A stretch of 64,000 nt of DNA. Origin: Pseudolabrys sp. Lineage in GTDB: Bacteria > Pseudomonadota > Alphaproteobacteria > Rhizobiales > Xanthobacteraceae. Numbering within the stretch: position 1 is the stretch's first letter; each line of letters opens with the position of its first letter. The position numbers and the translations under genes are program-made. The stretch is taken from contig JBFWZV010000013.1 of the NCBI GenBank assembly GCA_050184975.1, forward strand, positions 821 through 64,820, in the 5' to 3' direction. The notes below the pieces were generated by a model. It searched no databases. It was given only the letters and a program-made list of their open reading frames with translations, and was not told where the DNA came from. This document shows positions 55,793-64,000 of the stretch, in pieces.

Positions 55793-56275
55793 ATGGAGAT
55801 CAGACCCGCCACGCCGGAAGACGACGACGGCATCTGGGACGTCATCAAGCCGGTGTTCCGCGCGGGCGAGACCTATCCGATCCCCCGCGACATCAACAAA
55901 CAAGACGCCCTCGCCTACTGGCATTCGCCCGGCCATCACGTCTATGTCGCGCACGACATGGGCGGCGTGGTCGGCACTTATTACCTGAAGGCCAACCAGA
56001 AGGGCGGCGGCGCCCACGTCGCAAATTGCGGCTATATCGTCGCCAGCGACGAGATGAAAAAGGGCGTCGCGCGGGCGATGTGCATCCACTCGATCGAGCA
56101 GGCCAAGCAGCTCGGCTTCCGCGCCATCCAGTTCAACTTCGTGGTCAGCACCAACACCCGCGCCGTCAAGCTCTGGCAGAGCATGGGCTTCGAGATCGTC
56201 GGCAAGCTGCCGCACGCCTTCCACCATCCGACGCGGGGCCACGTCGATGCGCTGGTGATGTTCCGGACCCTCTGA
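55793..56275 (+). CDS. GNAT family N-acetyltransferase
   Basis: RAGETY, GTYYLKANQ.GGG.HVANC, QFNFVVSTN. Confidence 0.92.
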   Translation: MEIRPATPEDDDGIWDVIKPVFRAGETYPIPRDINKQDALAYWHSPGHHVYVAHDMGGVVGTYYLKANQKGGGAHVANCGYIVASDEMKKGVARAMCIHSIEQAKQLGFRAIQFNFVVSTNTRAVKLWQSMGFEIVGKLPHAFHHPTRGHVDALVMFRTL

Positions 56276-56366
56276 GGGCGGGACAGCAATGAGCCGGACG
56301 CGCTTCCCCGGCGCGCTCGGACCTGTATAACCGCATCTCTGACTCGTCTGCCGCCGGGCTTTCCGA

Positions 56367-57545
56367 ATGCAATCCACCACACGCTGGGGCGCCGTCACCG
56401 CCCTGATCGCCGCGGGCGTCATCGTCGCGCTGCAAATCGGCAAGGCGGTGATCGCCGTCCCCGTGGTGCAGAAGGATCTCGCGCTGTCGCTGACGGTCGC
56501 GGCGTCCATCATCGGCACCTATGGGCTGATCGGCGCGCTCGCCGGCGTGCCGATCGGCATTGCGATGTCGTTGTTTTCCGGCAAGCGGGCGCTGATCGCG
56601 GGCCTGCTCGCCTGCGGGCTCGGCAGCCTCGGCGGCGCGCTCGCCACCAGCGGCGGCGTCCTGCTGGCGACGCGCGCGCTCGAAGGCTGCGGCTTCCTGA
56701 TCGCGGTGATCGCCATCCCGCGGCTGCTGCGCATCGTCACCTCGCAGCGCGACGCCGGGCCGGTGCTCGCGGTGTGGGGCGCCTATATGCCGGTCGGCTC
56801 CCTCATCATGATTCTCGCCGGGCCGCTGCTGTTGCAGTCCGGCTGGCAAACGATGTGGATCGTCAATGGCGCGATCGTGCTCGGCTATACGGCGTTGATC
56901 TGGACAATCGACTTCCGCGAGCCGCCGCCGGGCGCACGCGACATCGGTGCCATTCTCGGCAATGTCCGCGCCGTGCTGGCCGCGCCCGGCCCGCTGCTGC
57001 TGTCGCTCGCCTTCGGCATCTACACGTTCCAGTATGGCGCGATGGTCGGTCTGTTGCCGGTGCTGCTGGTGCAGCGCATGGACCTGTCGATCGCCGCCGC
57101 CGGCGTCATCAGCGCCATCGCGGTCGCCGGCAATGCGACCGGCAACGTGTTCGCCGGCGCGCTGGCGCGGCTCGGCATTCCGTTCTGGGCGGTGGCGATG
57201 ACGTCGTTCACCTTCGTCGGCTTCGCCGGCTACGGCGTTTTCTCGGGCGTGCTGCCGGTCGCCGGCATTGCGGCACTGGCCGCTTTGAGCCTTGGCATGG
57301 CCGGACTGATCCCGGCTTCGGCCTTCGCGGCGGCGCCCTCCTTTGCCCGCGACACCGCGGTGCTCGCGATCGTGCTCGGGCTCATCAATCAGGCGAGCAA
57401 TATCGGCAACCTGCTGGGTCCGGCGGCGATCGCCAGCGTGATCGAACGGTTCGGCTGGAATTACACGCCGATGCTGTTCGCAGGCGTCGGCGTCGCCGGC
57501 GTGACGACGGCGCTGATGCTGCGGCGGGTAGCGCGGCGAACTTAG
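56367..57545 (+). CDS. MFS transporter (CynX/NimT-like)
   Basis: 12 hydrophobic segments; RALEG; QASNIGNLLGP. Confidence 0.88.
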   Translation: MQSTTRWGAVTALIAAGVIVALQIGKAVIAVPVVQKDLALSLTVAASIIGTYGLIGALAGVPIGIAMSLFSGKRALIAGLLACGLGSLGGALATSGGVLLATRALEGCGFLIAVIAIPRLLRIVTSQRDAGPVLAVWGAYMPVGSLIMILAGPLLLQSGWQTMWIVNGAIVLGYTALIWTIDFREPPPGARDIGAILGNVRAVLAAPGPLLLSLAFGIYTFQYGAMVGLLPVLLVQRMDLSIAAAGVISAIAVAGNATGNVFAGALARLGIPFWAVAMTSFTFVGFAGYGVFSGVLPVAGIAALAALSLGMAGLIPASAFAAAPSFARDTAVLAIVLGLINQASNIGNLLGPAAIASVIERFGWNYTPMLFAGVGVAGVTTALMLRRVARRT

Positions 57546-57574
57546 ATCACGGCGCGTCCGTCGGTTTACGCGCG

Positions 57575-58693
57575 CTAATGTCCGATAGCCAATTTCTGCT
57601 GCTCGGCGACTTCGAGCACCTTGTCGTGCTCGACTTCCTGAAGATCGGCGTTGTGTTCGAGCAGCGCAGGATCGAGCGCGCCGCCCCGATAGGGGACACC
57701 CGCCTGAGCCCAGACATCGGACTTCCGTAGCATCACCCGCGCGACATCGGGCCGGCTGTAATGCCCCATGGTATCGACAATCGCCTTTACGGCCTTGATC
57801 ATCCACGCTTCGCAGTCGGCGTAGATCATCTGTTCGCCTTCCGCCGGCGGCGCGGATACGACACCCAACGGGGTGACAATCTGGCTACCGCCTCGTGCAT
57901 AGTCGATGTTCATATTCCCCTTCCAGGGGAAGTCATCCGGCACATCGTCCGGATTGACGACCGCACAGGCGGCGACCGTAAAACATCCCGCCTCGAAAGC
58001 GTGCGACCGCGTGACGAAGTGGCCCCAGAAGTCGCCTGTTGTATCCCACTCTTCGAGCCGTGGGCCGGTGTGAAGCGCGAACGCTCCGGGGAAGACCGCG
58101 ATGTGAAAGTCCTCGCCCATGGCGATCATACCGGCGCGAAGCGGTGTCATCAGGTTTTCGCCGCAGATCAAGCCGCCAATACGACCAATGCCGGTCTGAT
58201 AGACCTCAAGATCGCTGCCGTCGCCTGCGCCCCAGAACATCCGCTCGGTGAAGGTCGGCATGAGCTTACGGTGACGGCCGAGCAGATTGCCGCGATTGTC
58301 GAAGAACAGCAACGTGTTGTAGATCGTGTTCACGCCAGGCCGGGAATCCATTTCGTTGCAGCCAATCACCACGCAGGTTCCCGCTGCCTTGGCCGCCGCG
58401 CCAATCAGTTCGGTCACGGGCCCCGGCACCAGCACCGCTTCGTCATAGAAACGGATTCGACCGCCCGCCCATTGCCGCAGACCGGTGTCCCACCCTTCTG
58501 TCCAGTATGGATAGCCCGACAGCCATGCTTCCGGGAAAACGACAAGTTCGGCACCTTTTTTGCCCGCTTCGGCGATGGCATTGACAGCGCGGCGGACGCT
58601 TTCCTTTTGATTCATGAATGCCGGCGAAAGCTGCGCAATGCAGACTTTCACCGATGGCTTGCCCCCCAGAATCTTGTCCGACGCGCCTTGCAT
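57575..58693 (-). CDS. Nitrilase (carbon-nitrogen hydrolase)
   Basis: E-K-C triad: VFPEAWLSGYP, HRKLMPT, LICGEN; GHYSRPDV. Confidence 0.92.
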   Translation of the reverse strand: MQGASDKILGGKPSVKVCIAQLSPAFMNQKESVRRAVNAIAEAGKKGAELVVFPEAWLSGYPYWTEGWDTGLRQWAGGRIRFYDEAVLVPGPVTELIGAAAKAAGTCVVIGCNEMDSRPGVNTIYNTLLFFDNRGNLLGRHRKLMPTFTERMFWGAGDGSDLEVYQTGIGRIGGLICGENLMTPLRAGMIAMGEDFHIAVFPGAFALHTGPRLEEWDTTGDFWGHFVTRSHAFEAGCFTVAACAVVNPDDVPDDFPWKGNMNIDYARGGSQIVTPLGVVSAPPAEGEQMIYADCEAWMIKAVKAIVDTMGHYSRPDVARVMLRKSDVWAQAGVPYRGGALDPALLEHNADLQEVEHDKVLEVAEQQKLAIGH

Positions 58694-58757
58694 GTTTCGA
58701 CCTCCCGATTGGACCTCCCAAAGCTAGACAGAGCGGCAATGGCCGAAATATCCTCAT

Positions 58758-59792
58758 TTGGCGAAAACATCCGAAAGCCGCCAAATGCTGGCTCTGGCTC
58801 GATCGAAATGGATGGCCGATCTCCCCTGGGAGGTCAGGTCGCGCTCGACAAAACCCGTACAGCACAAGGTATCGCGGGCGCTCAAACCCTACCGCCTGAC
58901 GTTGCGCGATGGCGGCCAGTATGACGCGCGATATCTGAACTTTTCGGTCGGCCAGATCGAATTCAACATCATTGCGTATGGCGATGAAGTCTCTCTCGAC
59001 GCCGGGCAACTCGGAAATTTTTCCATTCTTCAACGTCCCCTGCGCGGCTCCTACATCAGCAGGATCGACGGAACAAAAATCCGGATCGGGAGCCGCCAAT
59101 GCCACCTCATCGTGCCGGGTGTTCCGATTGAGATGGACTGGTCGCCGGACTGCGTCCTGCTTGTGGTCAGATTTCCCGCGAAGAGCGCAGTAGAACTCGG
59201 GCTGGAGGCCGGTCAGGCCTATGCCCGGCGTAGCAGGCTCGGCCTCTCGTTCGATCTGGCATCGCGCCATGGGCAATCGATTCGGCGCTCGCTCGATTTC
59301 GCGCTGCGTGAAGGCCGCGGCGATGGCCTGCTGGGGCGCGATCCCGGTCTCAGCGCTGATTTTGAGCGCGTCATCGTCGCTGCAATGCATAGCGCGCTCG
59401 GCGATTCGACCACGATCCGCCCAGAGGACGCGGCAGCGCACCGCACCGGCGATTACATCTATGTCAAGGAGGCCGAAACCTGGATGATGGACCGACTGCG
59501 GATGCCGATCAGTGCCTCCGAACTCGCGCGCGAACTCGGCGTCTCTCAACGCACGCTGTCGGCCGCGTTCAGAAAATACCGGAATATGGCGCCGCTATCG
59601 TGGCACCGGATCACACGGCTGGACCGCTGTTACCACGACCTGAGCACATCCGGTTCGACCGACGCGACCGTTACCGATATTGCGATCAACTGGGGCTTCG
59701 AGCACATGGGCCGGTTTGCCCAGGAATACATGCACCGCTTCGGAGAATTGCCGCGGCAAACCTTGCGACGCTCGCGCCGCCGTGCGGACTGA
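58758..59792 (+). CDS. AraC family regulator divergent from the nitrilase
   Basis: AraC-binding N-terminal domain; ELGVSQRTL..AFRK, IAINWGFEHMGRFAQEY..FGELP. Confidence 0.9.
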   Translation: MAKTSESRQMLALARSKWMADLPWEVRSRSTKPVQHKVSRALKPYRLTLRDGGQYDARYLNFSVGQIEFNIIAYGDEVSLDAGQLGNFSILQRPLRGSYISRIDGTKIRIGSRQCHLIVPGVPIEMDWSPDCVLLVVRFPAKSAVELGLEAGQAYARRSRLGLSFDLASRHGQSIRRSLDFALREGRGDGLLGRDPGLSADFERVIVAAMHSALGDSTTIRPEDAAAHRTGDYIYVKEAETWMMDRLRMPISASELARELGVSQRTLSAAFRKYRNMAPLSWHRITRLDRCYHDLSTSGSTDATVTDIAINWGFEHMGRFAQEYMHRFGELPRQTLRRSRRRAD

Positions 59793-59798
59793 CAGCCG

Positions 59799-61196
59799 TC
59801 ACATCCCCTTGACCACGCTCTCGGTCATCTTCTTGGCGTCACCGAGCAGCATCATGGTGTTGTCGCGGTAGAACAGCGGGTTGTCGATGCCGGCATAGCC
59901 CGACGCCAGCGAGCGCTTGATGAACATCACGGTGCCGGCCTTCCAGACCTGCAGCACCGGCATGCCGTAGATCGGCGAGGTCTTGTCCTCTTCGGCCGCC
60001 GGGTTGGTCACGTCGTTGGCGCCGATCACGAAGGCGATATCGGCCTGCGCGAATTCCGAATTGATATCCTCAAGCTCGAACACTTCGTCGTAGGGCACGT
60101 TGGCCTCGGCGAGCAGCACGTTCATATGGCCCGGCATGCGGCCGGCGACCGGATGAATGGCGTATTTGACCTCGACGCCTTCCTTCTTGAGATGGTCGGC
60201 CATTTCGCGAAGCGCGTGCTGCGCCTGCGCCACCGCCATGCCATAGCCCGGCACGATGATGACCTTCGACGCATTCTTCATGATGTAGGCGGCATCTTCC
60301 GCCGAGCCGAGCTTGACCGGCTTCTGCTCGCCGCCACCGCCGCCCGGCCCCGCCACCTCGCCGCCGAAGCCGCCGAGGATGACCGAGATGAACGAGCGGT
60401 TCATGCCCTTGCACATGATGTAGGACAGGATCGCGCCCGAGGAACCGACCAGCGCGCCGGTGATGATGAGCGCCGAATTGCCGAGCGTGAAGCCGATACC
60501 GGCCGCCGCCCAGCCGGAATAGGAATTCAGCATCGAGATCACGACCGGCATGTCGGCGCCGCCGATCGGGATGATGATGAGGACGCCGAGCAGGAGTGCA
60601 ATGCCGGTAATGAGCCAGAAGTCGAGCTGGCTCTGCGACACGACCAGCCCGTAGATGAAGAAGACGAGCGCGAGGCCGAGCCCGATATTGATGACGTGGC
60701 GGGCCGGCAGCAGGATCGGCGCACCCGACATGCGGCCGGACAGCTTCAGGAACGCGATCACCGAGCCGGTGAAGGTGACGGCGCCGATGGCGACGCCGAG
60801 CGCCATTTCGACGAGGCTCGCCTTGTGGATGGCGCCGACCTTGCCGATGTCGAAGGCGTCGGGCGCATAGAACGCGCCGGCGGCGACCAGCACCGCGGCC
60901 ATGCCGACCAGCGAGTGGAACGCCGCGACCAGTTCCGGCATCGCGGTCATCGGAACTTTCCGCGCGATCACCGCGCCGATGCCGCCGCCGAGCGCGATGC
61001 CGCCGACCACCAGCACCCAGGCGAGCTTGTCGGCGGGCGGATGCGCCGCGAGCGTCGTCAGCACGGCGATGGTCATGCCGACCATGCCGAACATGTTGCC
61101 GCGGCGGCTCGAATCCGGGCTCGACAGGCCGCGCAGCGCCAGAATGAACAGGACGCCGGCGACGAGATACAGCAGGGCTGCGATGTTGGCGTTCAT
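59799..61196 (-). CDS. pntB: NAD(P) transhydrogenase subunit beta
   Basis: MPELVAAFHS, SMLNSYSG, VPGYGMAVAQAQ, HPVAGRMPGHMN. Confidence 0.97.
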   Translation of the reverse strand: MNANIAALLYLVAGVLFILALRGLSSPDSSRRGNMFGMVGMTIAVLTTLAAHPPADKLAWVLVVGGIALGGGIGAVIARKVPMTAMPELVAAFHSLVGMAAVLVAAGAFYAPDAFDIGKVGAIHKASLVEMALGVAIGAVTFTGSVIAFLKLSGRMSGAPILLPARHVINIGLGLALVFFIYGLVVSQSQLDFWLITGIALLLGVLIIIPIGGADMPVVISMLNSYSGWAAAGIGFTLGNSALIITGALVGSSGAILSYIMCKGMNRSFISVILGGFGGEVAGPGGGGGEQKPVKLGSAEDAAYIMKNASKVIIVPGYGMAVAQAQHALREMADHLKKEGVEVKYAIHPVAGRMPGHMNVLLAEANVPYDEVFELEDINSEFAQADIAFVIGANDVTNPAAEEDKTSPIYGMPVLQVWKAGTVMFIKRSLASGYAGIDNPLFYRDNTMMLLGDAKKMTESVVKGM

Positions 61197-61214
61197 GGAT
61201 ATGTCCCCGGCCCG

Positions 61215-61538
61215 CTACTTCTTTTTCTTCTGGTACATCGCCAGCATGCGCTGGGTGACGAGGAAGCCGCCGAAAATGTTGATCGAGGCAAACACCAGCG
61301 CGACAAAGCCGAGGATGCGCGCCCACAGCGGGCCGCTGGCGTCGGCGGCGAGCGGCACGCCGACCGCGAGCAGCGCACCGACGACGATGACCGAGGAAAT
61401 CGCGTTGGTGACCGACATCAGCGGCGTGTGCAGCGCCGGCGTCACCGACCAGACGACGTAATAGCCGACGAACACGGCGAGCACGAAGATCGACAGCCGG
61501 AACACGAAGGGATCGACGGCGGTGGCAACGTGGTCCAT
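61215..61538 (-). CDS. pntAB: NAD(P) transhydrogenase subunit alpha part 2
   Basis: [30 protein letters not shown]. Confidence 0.95.
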   Translation of the reverse strand: MDHVATAVDPFVFRLSIFVLAVFVGYYVVWSVTPALHTPLMSVTNAISSVIVVGALLAVGVPLAADASGPLWARILGFVALVFASINIFGGFLVTQRMLAMYQKKKK

Positions 61539-61561
61539 AGGGCGCTCCGTCAGCTCTTGGT

Positions 61562-62695
61562 CTAGGACGCTTTGGGCTGGAAGTTCGGGTGGACGACGGC
61601 GCCGTCACGAGTCAGCGCGACGCCCTTGATGATCTCGTCGTCCCAGGCGACCGCGATCTTCTTGTCTTTCTTGTCGATCACGACGGTCTCAAGGAAGGTC
61701 AGCAGGTTCTTGGCATAGAGCGCAGACGCGGACGCCGCGAGCCGGCCCGGCACGTTGAGATAGCCGACGATCTTGACCTCGCCGACCTTCGCCACCTCGC
61801 CGGCCTTGGCGCCCTCGACATTGCCGCCGCGCTCGACGGCGAGATCGACCAGCACGGAGCCGGGGCGCATCGAGGCGACCATGTCCTTGTTGACGAGCTT
61901 CGGCGCCGGACGGCCGGGGATCAGCGCCGTGGTGATGACGATGTCCTGCTTCTTGATGTGCTCGGCGGTCAGCGCGGCCTGCTTCGCCTGATACTCTTTC
62001 GACATTTCCTTGGCGTAACCGCCGGCGGTCTGCGCGTTCTTGAATTCCTCGTCCTCGACGGCAAGGAATTTCGCGCCAAGGCTCTCGACCTGTTCTTTCG
62101 TCGCCGGGCGCACATCGGTCGCGGTAACGATGGCGCCGAGCCGGCGCGCGGTGGCGATGGCCTGCAAGCCCGCAACGCCGACGCCCATGATGAACACCTT
62201 GGCGGCCGGCACGGTGCCCGCCGCCGTCATCATCATCGGCAGCGCGCGGCCATATTCCTCCGCGGCGTCGATCACGGCGCGGTAGCCGGCGAGGTTCGCC
62301 TGCGAGGAGAGAACGTCCATCGACTGCGCACGGGTGATGCGCGGCATCAGTTCCATCGCGAAGGCGGCAACGCCGGCATCGGCGAGTTGCTTCAACGCCG
62401 CGTCATTGCCGTACGGGTCCATGATGGCGACGACGAGCGCGCCTTTTTTCAGTGTCTTGATGCGGTCGGCGGCGGGACGGCGCACGCAGAGGACGATGTC
62501 GGCGTCTTTCGCCGCGCCGGCGGCGAGTTTCGCGCCGGCCGTCTCATAGTCCGCATCGAGAATGCCGGAGCCGATACCGGCGCCCGGCTCGACCACGACT
62601 TCAGCGCCGAGGCCGACATATTTCTTGACGGTCTCGGGCGTTGCGGCGACGCGCGGCTCGGCCGCGTCGGTTTCGCGAACGACGGCTATGCGCAT
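61562..62695 (-). CDS. pntAA: NAD(P) transhydrogenase subunit alpha part 1
   Basis: [41 protein letters not shown]. Confidence 0.96.
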   Translation of the reverse strand: MRIAVVRETDAAEPRVAATPETVKKYVGLGAEVVVEPGAGIGSGILDADYETAGAKLAAGAAKDADIVLCVRRPAADRIKTLKKGALVVAIMDPYGNDAALKQLADAGVAAFAMELMPRITRAQSMDVLSSQANLAGYRAVIDAAEEYGRALPMMMTAAGTVPAAKVFIMGVGVAGLQAIATARRLGAIVTATDVRPATKEQVESLGAKFLAVEDEEFKNAQTAGGYAKEMSKEYQAKQAALTAEHIKKQDIVITTALIPGRPAPKLVNKDMVASMRPGSVLVDLAVERGGNVEGAKAGEVAKVGEVKIVGYLNVPGRLAASASALYAKNLLTFLETVVIDKKDKKIAVAWDDEIIKGVALTRDGAVVHPNFQPKAS

Positions 62696-62732
62696 TCCTG
62701 ACCTCCCCGCCCCTCGTTCAGCCCGGCCCCGG

Positions 62733-63026
62733 TCACTTCATGCCGAGGAAGGCGAAGATCAGGAACGACAGGACGCCGACGATATAGACCGGCATGCGGG
62801 CGCCGCTGAGATAGCCGGGGGTCGCGGCGATGGCGCCGAGGATGAAGATGGCCGCGGCCCAGAACCAGTGTCCCATCACTCCGCCGACCGCGAGGCCGAA
62901 GCAGATCGTGATGACATGGACGACACCGACCACGGTAAAATTCAGGAACTGCTCGTAGGTCGCTTCGTGCGCGGGATAGTCGTTGCCGGCAGCGGTTGAG
63001 TATTCGACGGTGCCGTGGTCGGCCAT
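62733..63026 (-). CDS. aa3-type cytochrome c oxidase subunit IV
   Basis: DYPAHEATYEQFLNFT followed by TM helices. Confidence 0.75.
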   Translation of the reverse strand: MADHGTVEYSTAAGNDYPAHEATYEQFLNFTVVGVVHVITICFGLAVGGVMGHWFWAAAIFILGAIAATPGYLSGARMPVYIVGVLSFLIFAFLGMK

Positions 63027-63118
63027 GGGAAGAATCTCCGGGAAGGACGAAAATCGCGGTCGCAGAGGGGTTACCGCAATTGCCCCGGGAGGGCAACGGC
63101 GCTTGGAGGCAATCCGGG

Positions 63119-63240
63119 CTATAGCGGGATGGCATTCCCCCGATTTGTCATCCCGCTATAGCCGTTTGTTTGAGCATGATCTTTCCGAAAACCGGTACCC
63201 ACTTTTCGCTTCGCGGACCGCCGGTTCGGGATCATGCTTA
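63119..63240 (-). repeat. Extended copy of the GCATGATC repeat family, with an internal insertion and an adjoining 13-bp-stem palindrome
   Basis: Minus strand TAAGCATGATCCCGAA-CCGGCGGTCCGCGAAG-CGAAAAGTGGGTACCGGTTTTCGGAAAGATCATGC; CTATAGCGGGATG/CATCCCGCTATAG at 63119-63161. Confidence 0.8.
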
Positions 63241-63999
63241 TGCCTCTGGGGATGGCAGGCCGGCGGCCGCAAGCGCGGCCTGCTGGCGGCGGCCGACCGC
63301 CGCGACGGAGAAGTTTTCAATCGCGGCATTGAATAACTTGTAGAAATTCAACTCCGCCGCCAGATGCAGGAACACCGCGCCGAGACCGATGGCGGCGCGG
63401 TCCATGAAGACGAATTCGCGCGGGACGGTGACCGGCCCTTTTTTCTTCAGCGCCTGGTGGACCTGGAAGGCCTCCTTGCGGCCATAGGCCGAAGGCTTGA
63501 CCCCGTCGGCGATGGTCCGCACCCGGTCGTCGAGCAACGGGCCGTAGATAAAGCGGGCCCAGATATTGAGCGTCTCGATCAGATCCTTGTTCAGCCGCTT
63601 GAAACCCCATGTTTCATAGGCGTGAACGACGCGGGCCTCGTCGCCTTGCTCCAGCCCGCGATAGAGATCGACCACACCGCCGACGAAGCGCTGCGGGAAA
63701 ATGCGGATGCAGCCAAAGTCGAGCAGGTTGATGCCGGCGGGCGCCGGGGCCTTGCGCGAACCGGCGACGTCGCCCTCATCGAACACAGAATAATTGCCGA
63801 GATGGGGGTCGCCGTGGATGACGCCGTGGCGCGAAAACGGCAGCCACCAGGCGGTGAACATCGCAGTGGCGAGCCGGTTGCGGTTTTCGAGAGTGTCATC
63901 CTTGTGGGCGAGCAGCTTACGGCCCTCGCACCAGTCCATCGTGAGCAGCCGGCCGGTCGACAACTCCGGCCAGGTGCGTGGAATGCGGATCGCGGACTC
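63238..63999 (-). CDS. AarF/ABC1/UbiB kinase family protein, 5'-truncated by the window
   Basis: LLTMDW, VIHGDPHLGNY, LLDFGC. Confidence 0.9.
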   Translation of the reverse strand, partial: ESAIRIPRTWPELSTGRLLTMDWCEGRKLLAHKDDTLENRNRLATAMFTAWWLPFSRHGVIHGDPHLGNYSVFDEGDVAGSRKAPAPAGINLLDFGCIRIFPQRFVGGVVDLYRGLEQGDEARVVHAYETWGFKRLNKDLIETLNIWARFIYGPLLDDRVRTIADGVKPSAYGRKEAFQVHQALKKKGPVTVPREFVFMDRAAIGLGAVFLHLAAELNFYKLFNAAIENFSVAAVGRRQQAALAAAGLPSPEA

Positions 64000-64000
64000 G

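Overview
A GC-rich alphaproteobacterial chromosomal segment, Hyphomicrobiales-like (inferred from the rcdA-DUF1192, trcR, pntAa/Ab/B, thrB-rnhA-ispH and aa3 oxidase subunit IV gene set). Most of it is housekeeping or metabolic. I found no rRNA, tRNA or CRISPR array. The unusual content sits in two loci, about 5.0-7.9 kb and 29.8-35.5 kb, that share a nested architecture. (1) Each has a diverged copy of a ~420-nt non-coding element with compensatory base pairing and a CTTGAC-N18-CTATAT sigma70-type promoter; the second copy also ends in an intrinsic terminator. I cannot assign the element to a named RNA family. (2) Each promoter is interrupted at the same nucleotide of its -10 box by a different IS1595-family passenger-carrying element. 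The two elements share the 8-bp target duplication ACTATATT, their transposases are ~75% identical by manual alignment, their cargo differs, and they lie in opposite orientations relative to the RNA. (3) Alphaproteobacterial (C)GTC-type REP doublets abut both loci. One doublet carries a GIY-YIG nuclease gene (with an internal TAG) exactly where two empty copies have a 7-nt linker. Other points: a conserved basic micro-protein whose ATG overlaps the cargo gene's ATG in a CATG palindrome in both IS elements, a CtrA-box-preceded sRNA candidate upstream of rcdA, and a second repeat family anchored on stop codons. All alignments and folds were done by eye; no database searches were run.
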